DNA of 63,941 bases, filler included, from Barthelona sp. PAP020 (lineage: Eukaryota): NCBI GenBank assembly GCA_040182905.1. It is 4 parts of 4 records of this genome, joined end to end, with 100 filler letters (N's around TTAATTAATTAA, not from the genome) between each part and the next. Parts side by side here need not be neighbours in the genome. Positions count along the whole stretch, not along the records: positions 48,889 to 63,941 come from JARQWU010000291.1; 3 more parts are not named here. The stretch is one strand, 5' to 3'. The translations under genes and the position numbers were made by a program. The notes beneath the pieces are model-generated. The model saw only the letters and a list, made by a program, of their open reading frames with translations. It searched no databases and had not been told where the DNA came from. The stretch's first letter is position 1. Each line of letters begins with the position of its first letter. This document shows, piece after piece, positions 60,721 through 63,941 of this stretch.

Positions 60721-62883
60721 ATGAGTTATAAAAATGGGGTAATATGTTCACGAATTGGAACTTTAATGGCCTTTATCATGATGGTAATGGTAACATATTT
60801 AATTTATTCAAATTTAGATTTTGATGATACCAAAGAAGTTGCAAATAACACATTCTGCTATCATAGATATGTCAAATCTAAATTTAAAAAGATTCATCTT
60901 ATTGTAACTGATGGTATGATAGATGAAACTAGATTGTATAATCAAACAAGCTATATTGATAAATTAACAGCATATTATCAGATTGATCAATTTGATGTAG
61001 CAGCATATTCACATTATTATGAACCATATCATTTATTGGAAGGTTTAAAGTTGGATGTTAGTAATGCTCAAGATTATGTTTATAAATACACATCTAAGAA
61101 CATAAATCCAATTATTTTACATGATTCACAATCAAATATTGATGTTTTTTCTATTTTGAACGATATTTTGAATTATTCAAATGAAACTGTTGGAATTTTA
61201 TCCGGAACACCTCATAATTCTACCTTTTATTTACTGTCTAAAATTAAATTTAAAAAACCCATTGATTCAATTCCTATAAACATTGAGGAATTGTGTGAAA
61301 CGTTAAAGTTCTATTTATCAACATCTCCTTCATTAAAAGCTATTGTTCCTGAACATTTATTGGATGTTGGATCTAAAAATGCAAAAGAGATTTATTTGAA
61401 AAATGTTTTATGTTTATTGACAGAAAAAGAGATGAGTTTATTGAATTTTAAGCCTGAAGATATTCCCAAAATGACATTTACTGAACGAAACATGGAAAAT
61501 TTAAGATTGTTTATCAATTTTCGACATAGTTTTAAAATGGATTTTGATTTTCAACAATTTTATTATCTCTATGTGCTTCTTATCTCCTATGTTTTATTGA
61601 TTCCCGCATATGTTCAAGTAACTCGAGCAAAAACTAAAAATTTATTTTTTGCTTTTATGTTGTATCTATCAAATACCCCTTTAATTTTTTATCAAATTCC
61701 TTTCTTAAAATTCAAGTTATTAACCATCAATGAAACCATTTTTGAAAATGATGTATATTTTAAAGTTTCCATTATTTTAAGTATGTTTGGTGCAATCATA
61801 CTATTCATCTTGACATTAAACCACTTTTTAGATCAAAATATTCATGATATGCAATCAAAAATTGGATTGCATCTTTTAATATTCATTGTTTCTGCAGTTT
61901 TATTGGTTTTTGTTCAAAATCAATATTTTGTCTATGGAATTTGTGCTTCTTATATTTTTTTTGAATTAATTAAATCTTTGTGTTATATTGATGAAGATAA
62001 AGGTGAATTGAAATGGATATCGAATGTCTCGATTTTTTTTGAGTTTTTCACCCAAATTAGAACTCAATTACCAAAAAATAAAAACCACAGAAAGTTAATC
62101 CAAGCTCAAATATTAAAATCAACTGAAAAACCATTGAAAAAAGGCAAAAGAAAAAAAATAATTTTTTGGAATTTATTTATTTTATTTTTATTTATTTTCA
62201 TTCAAATTTCAAAATTCATTCTATCAATCAATTTATTACATATAATCCTATTTATTTGTATATTTATTGTTTTTTTTACTCAATTGAACACAGTTATGTT
62301 TGATTTCCTTCCTTTAATTGTTTTTTTCATCTTATATTTCTATTATGATGGACAAAAACATATTTTTATTGTTAGCGTATTATCAAGTATTCTTTTAACA
62401 AGGAATTATACCAAAACTTTGTTACATTTAGGTATCTATCTTATCTTTTTCTATATTGAGGTTGAATCTCGTTGTGTTGAAGTATGTAGTATCTATTTAT
62501 TGATCTTGACTATCAACACATTGGAAAATTATAAGAATGACAATCTTGTGAAAAAATCGCTTTTTTTCCCTTTATTCATCAGTTTTATATATTGTTATTC
62601 CTATATAATCAATAATTTAATGACTATACCAACATTAAATATTGAATTGATCGTTTTGATAGTTTTTTTCGTTAATTTACCTTTGATTTCCTCACTTTAT
62701 TGTTATGGTGTATTCATTCTATTGATGTTTATCGGAATAATGTTATTATGTATTATTACAACGTTATTCGCTTTGAATTTTGCAATTCCTATCAATTTGA
62801 ATATCATATTCAGAAACATTTTGGTTGAATTTTTTATTTTAATTTCTATGAGTATCATTCAATTATTTTCACAAGTTAACTAA
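60721..62883 (+). CDS. Multi-pass membrane protein, possibly a highly diverged GPI ethanolamine-phosphate transferase (PIG-N/O/G-like)
   Basis: N-terminal TM segment, FKKIHLIVTDGM (cf. F.RLV..V.DGL), soluble domain, then >10 hydrophobic segments. The CDS is solid; the family call is weak. Confidence 0.5.
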   Translation: MSYKNGVICSRIGTLMAFIMMVMVTYLIYSNLDFDDTKEVANNTFCYHRYVKSKFKKIHLIVTDGMIDETRLYNQTSYIDKLTAYYQIDQFDVAAYSHYYEPYHLLEGLKLDVSNAQDYVYKYTSKNINPIILHDSQSNIDVFSILNDILNYSNETVGILSGTPHNSTFYLLSKIKFKKPIDSIPINIEELCETLKFYLSTSPSLKAIVPEHLLDVGSKNAKEIYLKNVLCLLTEKEMSLLNFKPEDIPKMTFTERNMENLRLFINFRHSFKMDFDFQQFYYLYVLLISYVLLIPAYVQVTRAKTKNLFFAFMLYLSNTPLIFYQIPFLKFKLLTINETIFENDVYFKVSIILSMFGAIILFILTLNHFLDQNIHDMQSKIGLHLLIFIVSAVLLVFVQNQYFVYGICASYIFFELIKSLCYIDEDKGELKWISNVSIFFEFFTQIRTQLPKNKNHRKLIQAQILKSTEKPLKKGKRKKIIFWNLFILFLFIFIQISKFILSINLLHIILFICIFIVFFTQLNTVMFDFLPLIVFFILYFYYDGQKHIFIVSVLSSILLTRNYTKTLLHLGIYLIFFYIEVESRCVEVCSIYLLILTINTLENYKNDNLVKKSLFFPLFISFIYCYSYIINNLMTIPTLNIELIVLIVFFVNLPLISSLYCYGVFILLMFIGIMLLCIITTLFALNFAIPINLNIIFRNILVEFFILISMSIIQLFSQVN

Positions 62884-62920
62884 CATTTTTAAAGCATAAA
62901 AGCATTTTTTTTTATTTCTT

Positions 62921-63205
62921 ATGATTTACTTCAAGATATTTTTACCCAACAATTTGACCTTTTTGTTGAACAAAAGAAAAGAAATAACATTAAAAGAAGT
63001 TTATAAAGATTATTTCCCAGGCGATGAACCATTTATTTGTCCAAAGTTTAGACTTCAAAATTTTGCTTTTGCCAAATTCAAAAAAAAAAAAAACAGGGAC
63101 AAAGACGCATTCTGGGTCGATACAACAGAATTTCAGTCTGGATCTCACACCATGAGTTTTGCTGATATTCACTTTAATGAATCTTTGAGTTTTCTTTCTC
63201 TGTAA
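62921..63205 (+). CDS. Small hypothetical protein
   Basis: 94-aa ATG ORF directly after the preceding gene. Confidence 0.35.
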   Translation: MIYFKIFLPNNLTFLLNKRKEITLKEVYKDYFPGDEPFICPKFRLQNFAFAKFKKKKNRDKDAFWVDTTEFQSGSHTMSFADIHFNESLSFLSL

Positions 63206-63712
63206 ATAAGTCCATGTCACTACTAAACCAAAGTTTCAGGCCACTTTTATTTTTCTTATTGTTACATAACCGATTGTTGGAGTCCAAAACAACAAGAACA
63301 AAGTATTAATAATAAATGATGTTGCTTCCATTTATTTCACTTGAAGATTGTCACACACTACCAACATTGGAGACTCTCATTGAAGAAGTGAAAAAGGTCT
63401 CATCCAATGGAAGAAAAAAAAGAAAATTTGATGGATACATATCGCACTCTTGCAAGTTCAATTTATGAATTTCGTGAGCAGACATATGTCAATACCATCA
63501 CTGTATCAACAAATCTGTAACAATATTTTGGAACAATTTCTTTTGTTTAAAATATTCGAACAAACACAATTATGACAAACTTTCATAATTGTGCGATATT
63601 TTCACAAAATTATCGAAAGTTCAATTGGATGCATAAATTCGAAAAAGGAAATCCCAAGAAAGAATTGAAAGAGAAATCAACAAATGGTGGGTTTCTTTTT
63701 TTTATACCGACA

Positions 63713-63941
63713 ATGGTTGTTAACACTGTAGTTGAGGAAACTGACTCTTATGTTAAGTATAACATGGATCAAGTTGTTGTTCCGAATGGGTTTGACGTGG
63801 ATGGATTTGAAGAAGATCGACCAAATAAGATCTATTTTGCAGCGCTTGAAGGTAATCTTGAAGTTGTCAAGCAATGTATTAAAGCTGGCGTTGATGTGAA
63901 CAAACAAGGTAAGGAAGGAAGGACATCGCTTTGGGAAGCTG
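63713..63941 (+). CDS. Ankyrin-repeat protein, 5' part, running off the window; paralog of the 14016-14897 pseudogene
   Basis: MVVNTVVEETDSYVKYNMDQVVVPNGFDVDGFEEDRPNKIYFAALEGNLEVVKQCIKAGVDVNKQGKEGRTSLWEA, open to the window end. Confidence 0.85.
   Translation, partial: MVVNTVVEETDSYVKYNMDQVVVPNGFDVDGFEEDRPNKIYFAALEGNLEVVKQCIKAGVDVNKQGKEGRTSLWEA

Noticed and set aside
188..63941. Alternative genetic code such as TAA/TAG = Gln
   Set aside because: Multi-kb conserved genes read through in the standard code, and TAA, TAG and TGA all end genes at expected positions.

Overview
This is AT-rich, gene-dense, intron-poor nuclear DNA from a flagellated unicellular eukaryote using the standard genetic code. 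The 36-41 nt introns, with the branch point fused to the 3' splice site, suggest a metamonad-like lineage, but this is inference. The window is four contigs joined by artificial 100-nt N/TTAATTAATTAA/N linkers (16330-16429, 32563-32662, 48789-48888), so adjacency across them means nothing. Core genes include flagellar proteins (SPEF2, IFT74, DRC12/CCDC153, an RSPH4/6 fragment, IFT122), trafficking proteins (COG7-like, MROH1, maspardin), P2B and P5A ATPases, apyrase, Ras, a methyltransferase and a USP fragment. Main finds: (1) an unrecognised ~65-aa domain (LVEL...G..MN...CWDLVDINE.NG plus an acidic tail) attached to either WD40 or ankyrin repeats in a birth-and-death gene family; (2) an intron-split Nop10, missed by the ORF track, that keeps the archaeal CxxC/CxxC zinc ribbon; (3) a TrpRS paralog lacking the catalytic motifs but keeping the anticodon-binding domain; (4) a tRNA-like Pol III gene with a ~21-nt insertion in the anticodon arm, sharing an identically spaced downstream B-box-like element with tRNA-Val and followed by a 113-bp tandem repeat; (5) a PARP-like/B-box/coiled-coil/TLDc protein. 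All family assignments come from motif recognition by eye; no searches were run.
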